Origin: Candidatus Nomurabacteria bacterium
GTDB taxonomy: Bacteria; Patescibacteriota; Minisyncoccia; Phycocordibacterales; UBA9973
Direction: 5' to 3'
Length of the DNA: 64,000 nucleotides
Assembly: GCA_026395915.1 (NCBI GenBank)
Contig: JAPLXU010000011.1
Span: forward strand, 15,688 to 79,687
The notes beneath the pieces are model-generated. The model was given only the letters and a program-made list of their open reading frames with translations, was not told where the DNA came from and did no database searches. A program made the position numbers and the translations under genes. Positions within the stretch are counted from its first letter, which is position 1; every line of letters begins with the position of its first letter. Shown here one piece after another: positions 9,246 to 18,383 of this stretch.

Positions 9246-9569
9246 AACTCCATCTATATTTGTATTTATTTCTGTATTAGTAAAACGTAAAACTTTTATG
9301 CTAAGACCTTCAAAAAATTTAGTACGTATCTCGTCATATTTCTGGCTATCTTTTGTAAAATGTTGAGAGCCATCAATTTCTATTGCTAATTTTTTTGTGG
9401 GACAATAAAAGTCTATAATATATCCTCCAATACTATGCTGGCGTCTAAACTTTAGACCTATCTGAGAATTTTTCAGTTTCAACCACAATAAAATTTCTTG
9501 AGGCGTGCTATTGTTTCTTAATTCTTTTCTTCTTGGAAACAATTTTTTGATATTGTTGATTGTTTTCAT
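9189..9569 (-). CDS. DUF559 (Vsr-like) endonuclease domain protein
   Basis: Internal start MKTINNIKK. DUF559 motifs (TPQEILLWLKL, IDFYCP..LAIEIDGSQH, R..FLE-like tail). The ORF-track N-terminal extension is only translation of the G-rich hairpins. Confidence 0.75.
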   Translation of the reverse strand: MKTINNIKKLFPRRKELRNNSTPQEILLWLKLKNSQIGLKFRRQHSIGGYIIDFYCPTKKLAIEIDGSQHFTKDSQKYDEIRTKFFEGLSIKVLRFTNTEINTNIDGVLQKIITTPNPLLHKEGSF

Positions 9570-9574
9570 TGTCT

Positions 9575-9690
9575 TACCCCCCTCCTTAGTTAAGGAGGGG
9601 GCTGGGGGTGGTAATTCCGAATTCGGATCACCACCCCGCCCTTCAGGCACCCCTCCTTTCACAAGGAGGGGTTGTTCATTTAAGCATAAT
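9575..9690. repeat. Second hairpin array upstream of the DUF559 gene, containing direct repeat GGAGGGGGCTGGGGGTGGTAATT
   Basis: CCCCCTCCTT-agtt-AAGGAGGGGG, GGGGTGGTaaTTCCGAATTCGGAtcACCACCCC and CCCCTCCTT-tcac-AAGGAGGGG. Confidence 0.7.
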
Positions 9691-9748
9691 GCTTGATAAT
9701 AATAACATACATATGTTAAAATCTTCTTAAGCGAAAGGACAAAAAAAT

Positions 9749-9913
9749 ATGATTGTACAAATTAGTCTTGGGAGATTCTCAAGGAGCGGAAATTATCAAT
9801 TCTTTCCAAACCAAGGGTTCAAGTTTTCCGAAGAAGCTTCGAACGAGCTATGGCGTCGTCTAAAAAAGATTTGGGATGAACGCAAATGGCCAAAGCGAAA
9901 GCGGAAGCCATAG
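9749..9913 (+). CDS. Small hypothetical basic protein, 54 aa
   Basis: ATG preceded by aaagga. Ends at a strong terminator (AAGAAGCCG...CGGCTTCTT plus T-run at about 9935-9975). An ACATATGTTAAA motif sits at 9709-9720 upstream. Confidence 0.3.
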   Translation: MIVQISLGRFSRSGNYQFFPNQGFKFSEEASNELWRRLKKIWDERKWPKRKRKP

Positions 9914-10029
9914 ACGTGTGGAGCGCGCATCGCCGTCTGTAAGAAGCCGAGCTTCTACAGGCGGCTTCTTATTTTTACTGTACATTTTTATCATTGTTAT
10001 TTTTTAACTTAAAATGTTAAAATAAATGC

Positions 10030-11082
10030 ATGAATAATATGATCTGGATAATTTTGGGAATAATTGTAGGAGGTATAATTACATATCTCGTTTTGAATAA
10101 AAAAAAGGAAGAAAAAAAGGACGACCAAAAAGATGTAGGCCTTAATCTTATTTTGACCCAGATAAACGAACTCTCGCGAACAGTCGATAATAAAATTGGC
10201 GAATCTCATAAACAGGTCAATGAAAGTTTGAAATTTCATTCGAGCGAATCGAATAAAATTATTCGAGATGTGACTGAACGACTCACAAGGCTCGATGAAA
10301 CAAACAAGCAAGTCATTTCTTTCGCAGATCAATTGCAAAGCTTGGAAAACATTTTGAAAAATCCAAAACAACGCGGAATTTTGGGAGAATATTATTTAGA
10401 AACTGTCTTGAAAAATGTCTTGCCTCCTGGGAGCTACCAGATGCAATATGAATTCCCTGATAAAACCATAGTAGACGCTGTCGTTTTTGTAAAAGATAAA
10501 ATTATTCCGATAGACTCGAAATTCTCACTGGAGAATTACAATAAAATGGCTGAGGAACGAGACGGAACAGAGAAAAAAAGATTGGAGACAGTTTTCATAA
10601 ACGACTTAAAAAATAGAATTACCGAGACAGCAAAATATATTCAGCCGACACAAGGCACTACGGATTTCGCTTTCATGTTCATCCCTCATGAAGCTATTTA
10701 TTATGATCTGCTTACAAATAAAGTCGGAGCTGGAGATGAAAATGAAAATCTGATTCAGCGAGCGGCGGGAAAATATAAAGTCATCATCACCTCTCCCACT
10801 TCATTTTTGGCATATTTGCAAACCGTCTTGCAAGGTTTGAAGGCCTTGAAAATCGAAGAATCTGCTAAAGAAATAATAAAAAAAGTTGAGGATCTCGGTA
10901 GACATTTAAAATCTTATGACGAATATCACAACAAATTAGGAAACGCGCTTAGCACTGTCGTGAACCATTACAACGCTTCTAATAAAGAATTAAAAAAGAT
11001 TGACAAAGATGTGCTCAAAATTGCCGGTTCTTCGCCGGAACTTTCTCTTTTGGAAATTGAAAAACCAAAAACTGAAGAATAA
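10030..11082 (+). CDS. rmuC: DNA recombination protein RmuC
   Basis: 350 aa. N-terminal TM, long coiled-coil, C-terminal RmuC core (FMFIPHEAIYYDLL). Confidence 0.8.
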   Translation: MNNMIWIILGIIVGGIITYLVLNKKKEEKKDDQKDVGLNLILTQINELSRTVDNKIGESHKQVNESLKFHSSESNKIIRDVTERLTRLDETNKQVISFADQLQSLENILKNPKQRGILGEYYLETVLKNVLPPGSYQMQYEFPDKTIVDAVVFVKDKIIPIDSKFSLENYNKMAEERDGTEKKRLETVFINDLKNRITETAKYIQPTQGTTDFAFMFIPHEAIYYDLLTNKVGAGDENENLIQRAAGKYKVIITSPTSFLAYLQTVLQGLKALKIEESAKEIIKKVEDLGRHLKSYDEYHNKLGNALSTVVNHYNASNKELKKIDKDVLKIAGSSPELSLLEIEKPKTEE

Positions 11083-11183
11083 ATTTGTTATCATAACTTC
11101 TTCATTAAGTCTTCATCAAAAAAGGACATAGTTTAAAAGCAACATAAAAAGGTCGATTTTTTAAAATTAATAAATTAAAAAAC

Positions 11184-11618
11184 ATGATAAATAAAATTAG
11201 ATTCATTTTTCCAGTTTTAGCTCTTGGTCTTGCGTTAAGTCCCGTGGCTTTTGCCCAGACGACAACAACATCAGCCGCAACAACTGCTGCTATTATTTGC
11301 GTTGGAACAGCAGTCAACGCGAGAGAAACTGCTTTGGGTTCTGCTATCAGCACCCAAGCTCAAGCTGTGGCAGCGGCATATACCGCGAGAGCAACTGCGT
11401 TGCAACAAGCTTACGCTCTCACTACGAGAACAGACGTAAGAGCATCCGTGAAAACAGCTTGGACGACTTTCAACACCGCTGTTAAAACAGCGAACAAAGC
11501 TTGGAAAACTGCAAAAAATAGCGCGTGGTCTCAATTTAGAACCGCTTCGAAGGCATGCAAGGCTCCCTCTGGCATCAGCGACTCTGGAAATTCCGGTTCG
11601 GAAATAATCGGAGAATAA
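11184..11618 (+). CDS. Secreted Ala/Thr-rich hypothetical protein
   Basis: Signal peptide (FPVLALGLALSPVAFAQ) followed by low-complexity A/T/K-rich sequence. Confidence 0.5.
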   Translation: MINKIRFIFPVLALGLALSPVAFAQTTTTSAATTAAIICVGTAVNARETALGSAISTQAQAVAAAYTARATALQQAYALTTRTDVRASVKTAWTTFNTAVKTANKAWKTAKNSAWSQFRTASKACKAPSGISDSGNSGSEIIGE

Positions 11619-11631
11619 AATTTAATAACGC

Positions 11632-11668
11632 CCAAAAAAACGGAAGCCTTGCTTCCGTTTTTTTGTAT
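11632..11668 (+). terminator. Rho-independent terminator, CGGAAGCCTTGCTTCCG hairpin plus T-tract
   Basis: aaaaaaacggaagccttgcttccgtttttttg. The same 23-nt hairpin sequence also occurs at 2854-2876 inside gatB. Confidence 0.7.
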
Positions 11669-11672
11669 TTTT

Positions 11673-12860
11673 TTACTGCAAAACAACTGTCTTCGAATTC
11701 CAAGGTTTGAGATAAATGAAAACTGCCATTGCTATGAATGCCACAATTGCAGAAAAAATAAAAGCGTATGACGGATTAAAAACCCAGAGTGCGCCGGCTA
11801 TCACAGAAGCTAGAAGGTAAACCAAGCCTGTGACAAAATTGTACATACCAATCGCTGTAGCTCGCCTTTCTTTTTCTAGGTCGGCGATGAACGCTTTACT
11901 CTGTGCTTCATCGATACTGTAAAAAATTCCGAACAATAGGAACAAAATAATTATTTCCCATTTTTCCGTGGCAAAAATGAAACCCAAAGACATTATGATA
12001 TAAATCAAATATCCCAAAATAATTATATATTTTCGCCCGATCAAGTCGCCCAACTTCCCTACTGGTATTGATATCGCAACGAATGAGACATTAAAAAGAG
12101 CGTAGAGCAACACAACATCTTTTATCGCAAAACCGATGGCGTATGCTTTGAGTAAGAGAAAACCGAAACTGAAATACGCTAAAGAAAAAATCCCCGCAGG
12201 AATCAAATATTTTTTGAAATTTGGATTCAAAACGCCCCAAGCTTTGAAAATATTTTCCCTTTCGTGCGGAATTCCTGGACGATCTTTCATCAAAGCGAGA
12301 ACCACAACGGACAACGCAGCCGTCACTAATGCTATTATAAAAATAACTCGAAAAGTGCCAAGTCCTTGACCAAGATAAAGAAGCAAAAAATACGCGACTA
12401 TTGGTCCCAAGACAGCTCCCGCCTTGTCCATCGCTTTGTGCACGCCGAAGGCGTATCCTATGTTGGATTCTTGCGCTATCGATGCGAGCCAAGCATCGCG
12501 AGGCGGACCACGGAAACTTTTCCCTAGTCGCTCAATGATTCGAAAAGAACCAAGCGCAAAGACAGACGTCCCGAGCAAGAGCATTATTTTTGCCAATGTG
12601 GAAAAACCATAACCGATCAAAGCGAGAGGTTTTCTCTTCCCTATCCTGTCCGACATCCAGCCGGCAAAATAATCGAGAGAGGAAGCGGAAAAATCCGAAA
12701 AGCCCTCGATCAAGCCGAGAAGTGATGCCGAAGCTCCAGCAATCACAGTAAAAAATATAGAGAACACAGAAAAAATAGCTTCAGAGCTGATGTCCGTCAA
12801 AAAGCTCACAAGACCTAAACGCAAAACATCAGGATGTATGTCCAAAAATCTTTTTTTCAT
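11673..12860 (-). CDS. MFS transporter
   Basis: 395 aa with 12 predicted TM segments and MFS-like loop motifs (GWMSDRIGKRKP). Confidence 0.85.
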   Translation of the reverse strand: MKKRFLDIHPDVLRLGLVSFLTDISSEAIFSVFSIFFTVIAGASASLLGLIEGFSDFSASSLDYFAGWMSDRIGKRKPLALIGYGFSTLAKIMLLLGTSVFALGSFRIIERLGKSFRGPPRDAWLASIAQESNIGYAFGVHKAMDKAGAVLGPIVAYFLLLYLGQGLGTFRVIFIIALVTAALSVVVLALMKDRPGIPHERENIFKAWGVLNPNFKKYLIPAGIFSLAYFSFGFLLLKAYAIGFAIKDVVLLYALFNVSFVAISIPVGKLGDLIGRKYIIILGYLIYIIMSLGFIFATEKWEIIILFLLFGIFYSIDEAQSKAFIADLEKERRATAIGMYNFVTGLVYLLASVIAGALWVFNPSYAFIFSAIVAFIAMAVFIYLKPWNSKTVVLQ

Positions 12861-12882
12861 AGGATGTGTTAATTATATATGA

Positions 12883-13896
12883 TTGAGATTTTGTTTACAA
12901 TCGAAAGAATTATCCGTTTTTGGCACAACCATATATTGTGATATAATTCACGGTATGAAATTTGGATCTGAAAGACTGAATCCGATAATGAAAACGGCAA
13001 TACATGAAAGCCATTTTAAAGGAACCAGAGAACTTTTGAATGGCTCTTTATTTTCAGAATCTGACAAAGGGTTACTACTTTTGCTTAAAGATTCTCTCGC
13101 AGACGCTGGACGAAGAAAAAAACTTTTAGATATGTTGAGCTATCGTCACGAAGACCCCGTGCCTCTTTCGCAAATAATACAAGTTTTTGATAAATTCAGT
13201 GATTTACAAGCCAACGTTGAACTTACTCCCGAAGATATAAAGTTAGTTAATTTTGCGATTAAATATTTTGAAAATTGGTTTTATGATGGAGCATGGGCAA
13301 AGATTTCTCACAAACAAAACGAAAATCCAAACGCTTATGCCTACCTTTCCGTCCCAGCTGGTATCATCAATCTTCTTACCAAACTAAAAGATTCTGCGAA
13401 ATCTGCTGACGAAATTGTCGGTTTTGATCCGCATAGGCTAGTTGAACTTCAAAAAGAAGTGAGGGGCTTTGCTGATGCATATTTGTTATCGGAAAGACTT
13501 CGAGCAATTTTGAAAGAAAAATTAAATCCAGAAAAGAAAGAAAAGACAGAATTCATACTTGAGAATCACGAAGCAATGTTGAGAACTTTCCATGAATCAG
13601 AGCGATCGGTGCAAAGTGAATTAGTGAGTGGCTCAGGAAGTTCGCATTCCAAAGCGCCAGAACTTTATTTAGTAAAAACTGCCTTAATCGCTCGTGAAAA
13701 AATGAGAAGAGAGCAAGCAGGCTCTGATCATTGGGTCTTTGTTCCAGATGTAAAAATAGACATAGACAGAGGCAGATACCAACTATTTGATTTTAGCGAG
13801 GGTCAAGATGGACATAGTTCTATGCATTATCCAAAAGATAGAATTCCCTATGCTCGATTTTTAGTCGAGTATCTAAGAACTAGAAAAGGGAAATAA
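12883..13896 (+). CDS. Hypothetical protein (start uncertain; could be at MKFGSERL)
   Basis: 337-aa ORF with no recognisable domain. Confidence 0.45.
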   Translation: MRFCLQSKELSVFGTTIYCDIIHGMKFGSERLNPIMKTAIHESHFKGTRELLNGSLFSESDKGLLLLLKDSLADAGRRKKLLDMLSYRHEDPVPLSQIIQVFDKFSDLQANVELTPEDIKLVNFAIKYFENWFYDGAWAKISHKQNENPNAYAYLSVPAGIINLLTKLKDSAKSADEIVGFDPHRLVELQKEVRGFADAYLLSERLRAILKEKLNPEKKEKTEFILENHEAMLRTFHESERSVQSELVSGSGSSHSKAPELYLVKTALIAREKMRREQAGSDHWVFVPDVKIDIDRGRYQLFDFSEGQDGHSSMHYPKDRIPYARFLVEYLRTRKGK

Positions 13897-13992
13897 AATC
13901 GTCGTCTTTTTGAGTTATCCACAGGTTTGACTTGTGTAATATATTTTTTACGTATAGAATATATTACATTAATAGTTAATTAAAAAAATTAT

Positions 13993-14424
13993 ATGATAGG
14001 AAAACCACATTGGTTTAAAAGAAGGAAGTATACTGGCTGGGGATTTACCCCTGCCACTTGGGAGGGCTGGCTATACATAATCGTTGCCATACTGCCCTTT
14101 GTTTTGCTTATGGGCGTCTCGCCGATTAATCAAACCAGAATGATACTCATTATCATTTGGGCTTTGATCGTGTGCGTTGATTTCGTGGACATCGTGATTC
14201 ATTTGCCGAAAGACGAACGCGACCGCATACATGAAGCCATCGCGGAACGAAACGCTTTATGGATCATCGTAGCCGTTCTCGGCATAGGAATAGCTTTTCA
14301 GGCTGCTTCCGGAGCCGTCTCTCACGCTCTCATTCCGCAAGTCGATCCGTTTCTACTTGTTGCTCTTTTTGCCGGGCTTCTGGCGAAAATAATCTCCAAT
14401 ATTTACCTCGATAAGAAAGATTAA
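13993..14424 (+). CDS. DUF2178-like small membrane protein
   Basis: 143 aa, four TM helices, tightly coupled (4-nt spacer) to a downstream XRE HTH regulator, which is the usual DUF2178/HTH pairing. Confidence 0.5.
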   Translation: MIGKPHWFKRRKYTGWGFTPATWEGWLYIIVAILPFVLLMGVSPINQTRMILIIIWALIVCVDFVDIVIHLPKDERDRIHEAIAERNALWIIVAVLGIGIAFQAASGAVSHALIPQVDPFLLVALFAGLLAKIISNIYLDKKD

Positions 14425-14428
14425 AAAT

Positions 14429-14629
14429 ATGGAAACAAAAATCGCATATTATCGAAATAAACTTTCTATGACGCAAGAAGAACTCGCGAAGATTGTCGGC
14501 GTCACAAGACAAACCATCATCTCGCTAGAACAAAATCGCTATAACCCTTCCCTGCTCTTGGCTTACAAAATAACCAGGGCGTTAAAAATGAAATATGTCG
14601 AAGAAGTTTTCGGCTTGAGTGTCGCGTAA
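14429..14629 (+). CDS. XRE-family HTH transcriptional regulator
   Basis: 66 aa, classic Cro/C1 HTH ([29 protein letters not shown]). Confidence 0.85.
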   Translation: METKIAYYRNKLSMTQEELAKIVGVTRQTIISLEQNRYNPSLLLAYKITRALKMKYVEEVFGLSVA

Positions 14630-14639
14630 TCTTTTGAGA

Positions 14640-15161
14640 CTATCTCGGAAGACTGACTCGCCATTTTAGCACTCCCAAAACTGGGCAATCAAGACTTGAA
14701 TTTTCATTTTCATCCACGATGCTTGCATAAGTCATAATTTTTCGTTCGAAAATATCTTGATAAGAAACATTCAAGACATCAGAAAATTTGGTCTTCCTTT
14801 CCATTTCTTCTATTTGTTCCTTGGAAATTTCTCTTGTTGCGTGCTTTTCGGATTTTGGTTCAACATTTCCAAAATCAATAGTTTCATTGGTATTGAAAAT
14901 AGAACTAAGTTTGACATCAAGCGCGAGACCATAGCCGATATTTTCCACGCTGTACATTATGCATTGTTTTGGGAGCTTGAAATTTATCGGCCCTCTGATT
15001 TTTAATTTGATTATCGGAAGACGTGTGTCTTTTCGCGTGTCTTGGGCTTCCTTGATACTGCGGGCGGTAATAATAACGAGCACAATAGTCGCCACAGCCT
15101 GAATAATTCCATTGTGAGCATCAAACCAACCTAAAAAGTCTAACATGGGATTATTATACAC
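14640..15161 (-). CDS. Hypothetical protein with N-terminal TM segment
   Basis: 173-aa ORF, no recognisable family. Confidence 0.4.
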   Translation of the reverse strand: MYNNPMLDFLGWFDAHNGIIQAVATIVLVIITARSIKEAQDTRKDTRLPIIKLKIRGPINFKLPKQCIMYSVENIGYGLALDVKLSSIFNTNETIDFGNVEPKSEKHATREISKEQIEEMERKTKFSDVLNVSYQDIFERKIMTYASIVDENENSSLDCPVLGVLKWRVSLPR

Positions 15162-15291
15162 CAGAATTGGGAAATTGAAATCTTAGTAGTAACAAAAAAT
15201 GCATTGTTGACAAATCTTCTTGAAGTTGTAAATTGAGTCATGATAGTCCTAAACAATATGTTCTTTTGGGCATGAAAGGAAGCCCATAAAA

Positions 15292-15588
15292 ATGAATCCA
15301 TCACAACAAGAGCAAAGAATGCGAGAAGATTATCCCTTTATGTTCTCGCACCCCGGTTGCAAACCTGGTGAGGTTTGGATTGGCGATCAAATGTTGGAAT
15401 TTGCTTGTATAAACGTTCAGATATACAAAAGGGCGGGGTGTCCAAGCGCCAGACTTGGAGAAGATGAAGTCATGGTGACTGTTCAACTCAGGAACAGGAA
15501 GGAACTGTTTCCGGGTCGTTCGGTGTTTGTGAACCTGAAGGAACTCATCGCCTATGGAGAAAAACAGGAAAAGGCACAAATGGGTTGA
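15292..15588 (+). CDS. Hypothetical Cys-containing small protein
   Basis: 98-aa ORF followed by a 14-bp stem terminator (gacagccagtacac...gtgcactggctgtc) plus T-rich tail. GC is higher than the genome background. Confidence 0.4.
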   Translation: MNPSQQEQRMREDYPFMFSHPGCKPGEVWIGDQMLEFACINVQIYKRAGCPSARLGEDEVMVTVQLRNRKELFPGRSVFVNLKELIAYGEKQEKAQMG

Positions 15589-15703
15589 GAGTCTCATACT
15601 CTCGTGACAGCCAGTACACACCGAAAGGAGTAAAAGTGCACTGGCTGTCTTAGTTTTCAATTTGTTTTTAATTTTTCAAGAAAAATGCTATATTTTTGTG
15701 AAT

Positions 15704-15778
15704 GGCCCTATCGTCTAACGGTTAGGACAGAGCCTTCTCAAGGCTTAAATCGCGGTTCGATTCCGCGTAGGGTCACCA
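15704..15778 (+). tRNA. tRNA-Glu (anticodon CTC)
   Basis: 75 nt, cloverleaf GGCCCTA/TAGGGTC acceptor, anticodon loop TTCTCAA, T-arm CGCGG-TTCGATT-CCGCG, encoded CCA. Confidence 0.85.
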
Positions 15779-15806
15779 AGCACTGGAATATGCTACACTA
15801 TGAAAT

Positions 15807-16085
15807 ATGATTGCTGAATGGGCTGTAAGAAAAAAATTATTTAGAAATGTAAACCATGCAATTTGGTTCATTATGAGCATGTGGCTATTGATTGTAACAG
15901 TGGCTTATAATCTGTTTCCTAATTTAGGAATTATCATATTTATTCCGATTGGTATGCATCTTATAGTTTTCCTCCAAGCCATACATGAATTTTACTTTCC
16001 AAGTAAAGAAAACGAGGTAATAAGTAAAGATTGTATCTGGTTCAATTTATTAATGGTTTTTATATATTTATTAATTTTTTTCTAA
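15807..16085 (+). CDS. Hypothetical small membrane protein
   Basis: 92 aa, three hydrophobic segments. Confidence 0.3.
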   Translation: MIAEWAVRKKLFRNVNHAIWFIMSMWLLIVTVAYNLFPNLGIIIFIPIGMHLIVFLQAIHEFYFPSKENEVISKDCIWFNLLMVFIYLLIFF

Positions 16086-16149
16086 TACTCACAAATGCTC
16101 GCATACTCGCAAGAATCTTTTTTTGTAAAAATTTTGTTATAATACCCCC

Positions 16150-16401
16150 ATGCCTAGCAAAAAAAATTCAACCGGCGTTGTGCATAAAATTCCTTCGGAT
16201 TTTAAGAGGGCTCTTGTTGCTGACCCTAAGGCTTTTGCGACTTGGGAGGACATCACGCCACTCGCTCGCAACGAATGGATCTGTTGGGTTATTTCTCCAA
16301 AGCAACCAGAAACGCGGATTCGCCGAATCAAGGTAGGACTATCAAAACTAAGAGGCGGAATGAGAAGACCATGTTGTTGGGCTGGTTGTACTCATCGCTG
16401 A
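16150..16401 (+). CDS. YdeI/OmpD-associated (bacteriocin-protection) family protein
   Basis: Motifs P.DF..AL..DP.A...W..ITPLARNEWICWV...KQPETRIRRI match the PF13376 pattern. Confidence 0.65.
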   Translation: MPSKKNSTGVVHKIPSDFKRALVADPKAFATWEDITPLARNEWICWVISPKQPETRIRRIKVGLSKLRGGMRRPCCWAGCTHR

Positions 16402-16536
16402 AATAATCCGAATCCCCCATAAACTAAGAGAACCACCGAAGAGGTGCGTCCTCTTAGTGGTTCTTTCTCACGATTATTTTTCAACAGGCGACTTCATGAG
16501 AGTTTAGGTCGTCTGTTGTCCGGCACTCGACCGGAC

Positions 16537-16845
16537 CTAGCAAGTCTGGATTTCCTCTGCCTTTTGGGGAGGAAGCACCAACAAGCGTGCCACCAGTGGC
16601 ATCTCCGGTTCTGATTGCGAAGACTCCTCGACCGCAAAGAACATAGGTTCTCCTCCTTGCTTGGGAACAAAGCTAAAGGCTAAAAAGCCAGTCCTGTTCA
16701 TTTCCCTCTTTGGAGTTAATGTCCCAACATTTTGGTCACTATAGGCTGATTTCCACTCTGCGAAAGTAGGAAACCCACCATTCAATGGGCCTTCCATTAC
16801 TTCTCCTGTTGCTGATAATTTCAGCACAAAGATGTTTCTTGGCAT
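16537..16845 (-). CDS. Hypothetical protein (GC-rich relative to genome)
   Basis: 102-aa ORF. A GTCCGG-cactcga-CCGGAC hairpin lies just downstream. Confidence 0.35.
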   Translation of the reverse strand: MPRNIFVLKLSATGEVMEGPLNGGFPTFAEWKSAYSDQNVGTLTPKREMNRTGFLAFSFVPKQGGEPMFFAVEESSQSEPEMPLVARLLVLPPQKAEEIQTC

Positions 16846-16940
16846 ATTTCAGGGGCTCCTTTCATTGCCCCGAAGAACTAACTTTGCTTGACTATTTAAC
16901 TTAATCTACAACTTTTTCAAAAATCTGTCAACTGCAATTT

Positions 16941-18284
16941 TTATTTCTTCTTCAGCCACTCGTCGTCTTGACGAACCAACAGTTTATTTTTATTTTCTTT
17001 ATCAAAGAGTATTGCTTCCACGACGCGTTCCATGCGCATGCCTTGCGAACCTTTCACGAGGACCAAGTCCCCTTTTTGTATAAAAGTTTTCATAAACTCG
17101 CCGGCTTGCGATGAATCTAGGAATTCAAAAAAGCTCGCCTCGTTCATTCCTGTTTCGAGCGCGCCTTCTTTGATGGCTTTCGCTCTCGGTCCGACAACGA
17201 CAAGCGCGTCGCATTTTTCTTTCGCCATCCTGCCGATATTTTTGTGGGCTTCCACGGTGTGCTTTCCTAATTCGAGCATGTCCCCTAGCACAGCAATTTT
17301 CCTTTCGCCAAATTTTACTTCTCTTAAAGTTTCAAGCGCAGATTCACATGCAAAAGGTGAAGAATTGTAAGTGTCATCAATAATCATTGAATCATTTATT
17401 CCTTTGAGGAGTCGCATCCGTCCGCTCGGAACATCGTAATTTTTCAAAGCATCTATCGCCTCCAACATATTCAATTTCAAAACCGAAGAGAGCGCGAGCG
17501 CTGCCATAGACGCATAGACATGATTCCTGCCAAAAACTCCTTCAATAATGACAGGCAAACTTTTACCATCTGAGTCCACTCTGAAAATAATTCCTGTCGG
17601 CTCGCTGGTAGTGGCATACAAAATATCTACGCCAGAACCCAAGATATCCGCGCCTTCTTTGAAGCCGTAAGTTATGATGCGAGATTTGCTGAGATTTTTC
17701 ATTTTCGACACATCTTCATCATCGGCGTTCAATATTAAAAAACCGCCCCCGCCTGCATCAGCTATGCTGGAAGCATTGCGGGCAGGTTTTTTTAAAGTTT
17801 TGATGAGTTTACTTTTTTCTTCAATCAAATGTTTACGCGAAGTAAAAAATTCTATATGAGCAGGAGTCTCGCCAATGGCCGTAATGATGACCACATCCGT
17901 CTTGAGCCAAGAAGCAGTCCGACGCATATCGCCCGGATGTCCCACACCGACTTCAAGAACCAGCCACTTTGGATATTGAGAAGATTTGAACGGATTTATA
18001 AAAAGCCAAAGACCTTTAAGAACATTCAAGAGCCAAATAAAAGGATTATTCCAGCCATTCGGAATACCTAAAATAGTAAGAGGCAAACCTATTTCGCTAT
18101 TGTAATTTTTGTTTGCCTTGCGGACGTGAGACACTTTTGAAAGAACCGCATAAACCGCGTCTTTTGTAGAAGTCTTGCCGACGCTTCCAGTGATAGCAAT
18201 GATTTTCGGCTTGTATCTGAAAAGCACCAGGCGCGATTCTATCTGTAAAATATAAGCTATTATTTTTTTGAAAATTGTTTTCAT
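16941..18284 (-). CDS. murF: UDP-N-acetylmuramoyl-tripeptide--D-alanyl-D-alanine ligase
   Basis: 447 aa. Mur ligase P-loop ITGSVGKTSTKD, central and C-terminal Mur domains. It contains the in-frame 38-nt PARNASSIADAGG element at 17749-17786. Confidence 0.9.
   Translation of the reverse strand: MKTIFKKIIAYILQIESRLVLFRYKPKIIAITGSVGKTSTKDAVYAVLSKVSHVRKANKNYNSEIGLPLTILGIPNGWNNPFIWLLNVLKGLWLFINPFKSSQYPKWLVLEVGVGHPGDMRRTASWLKTDVVIITAIGETPAHIEFFTSRKHLIEEKSKLIKTLKKPARNASSIADAGGGGFLILNADDEDVSKMKNLSKSRIITYGFKEGADILGSGVDILYATTSEPTGIIFRVDSDGKSLPVIIEGVFGRNHVYASMAALALSSVLKLNMLEAIDALKNYDVPSGRMRLLKGINDSMIIDDTYNSSPFACESALETLREVKFGERKIAVLGDMLELGKHTVEAHKNIGRMAKEKCDALVVVGPRAKAIKEGALETGMNEASFFEFLDSSQAGEFMKTFIQKGDLVLVKGSQGMRMERVVEAILFDKENKNKLLVRQDDEWLKKK
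17749..17786. repeat. In-frame palindromic element, copy 1 (in murF)
   Basis: ccgcctgcatcagctatgctggaagcattgcgggcagg. Read on the gene strand it encodes PARNASSIADAGG. Confidence 0.85.
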
Positions 18285-18336
18285 GACTTCATATTAAGAT
18301 TTCCTTGCAAATGATTTTGAGAAAAGTGGGTTCCTC

Positions 18337-18383
18337 AGATAGCGCCTAAAGCCCTATTTTAGATAGGGCTTTAGGCGCTATCT
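18337..18383. repeat. Perfect 21-bp stem / 5-nt loop hairpin at the ftsI 3' end, between ftsI and murF
   Basis: AGATAGCGCCTAAAGCCCTAT-tttag-ATAGGGCTTTAGGCGCTATCT. Confidence 0.75.

Noticed and set aside
9189-9662. Long N-terminal extension of the DUF559 ORF (MKGGVPEGRGGDPNSELPPPAPSLTKEGGKT)
   Set aside because: The residues derive from translating the G-rich hairpin array. The real start is the internal MKTINNIKK at 9569.
12091-12492. Overlapping ORFs inside the MFS transporter (12091..12492 -, 12136..12369 +, 12424..12612 +) and inside ppsA, lepA, valS, ftsI and the surface protein
   Set aside because: They are embedded in alternative frames of well-supported long genes, with no independent evidence.
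17674-17859. ORFs 17674..17859 (+) and 40977..41165 (-) containing PASAMLEALRAG
   Set aside because: They are the opposite-strand translation of the palindromic insertion element inside murF and valS, not independent genes.
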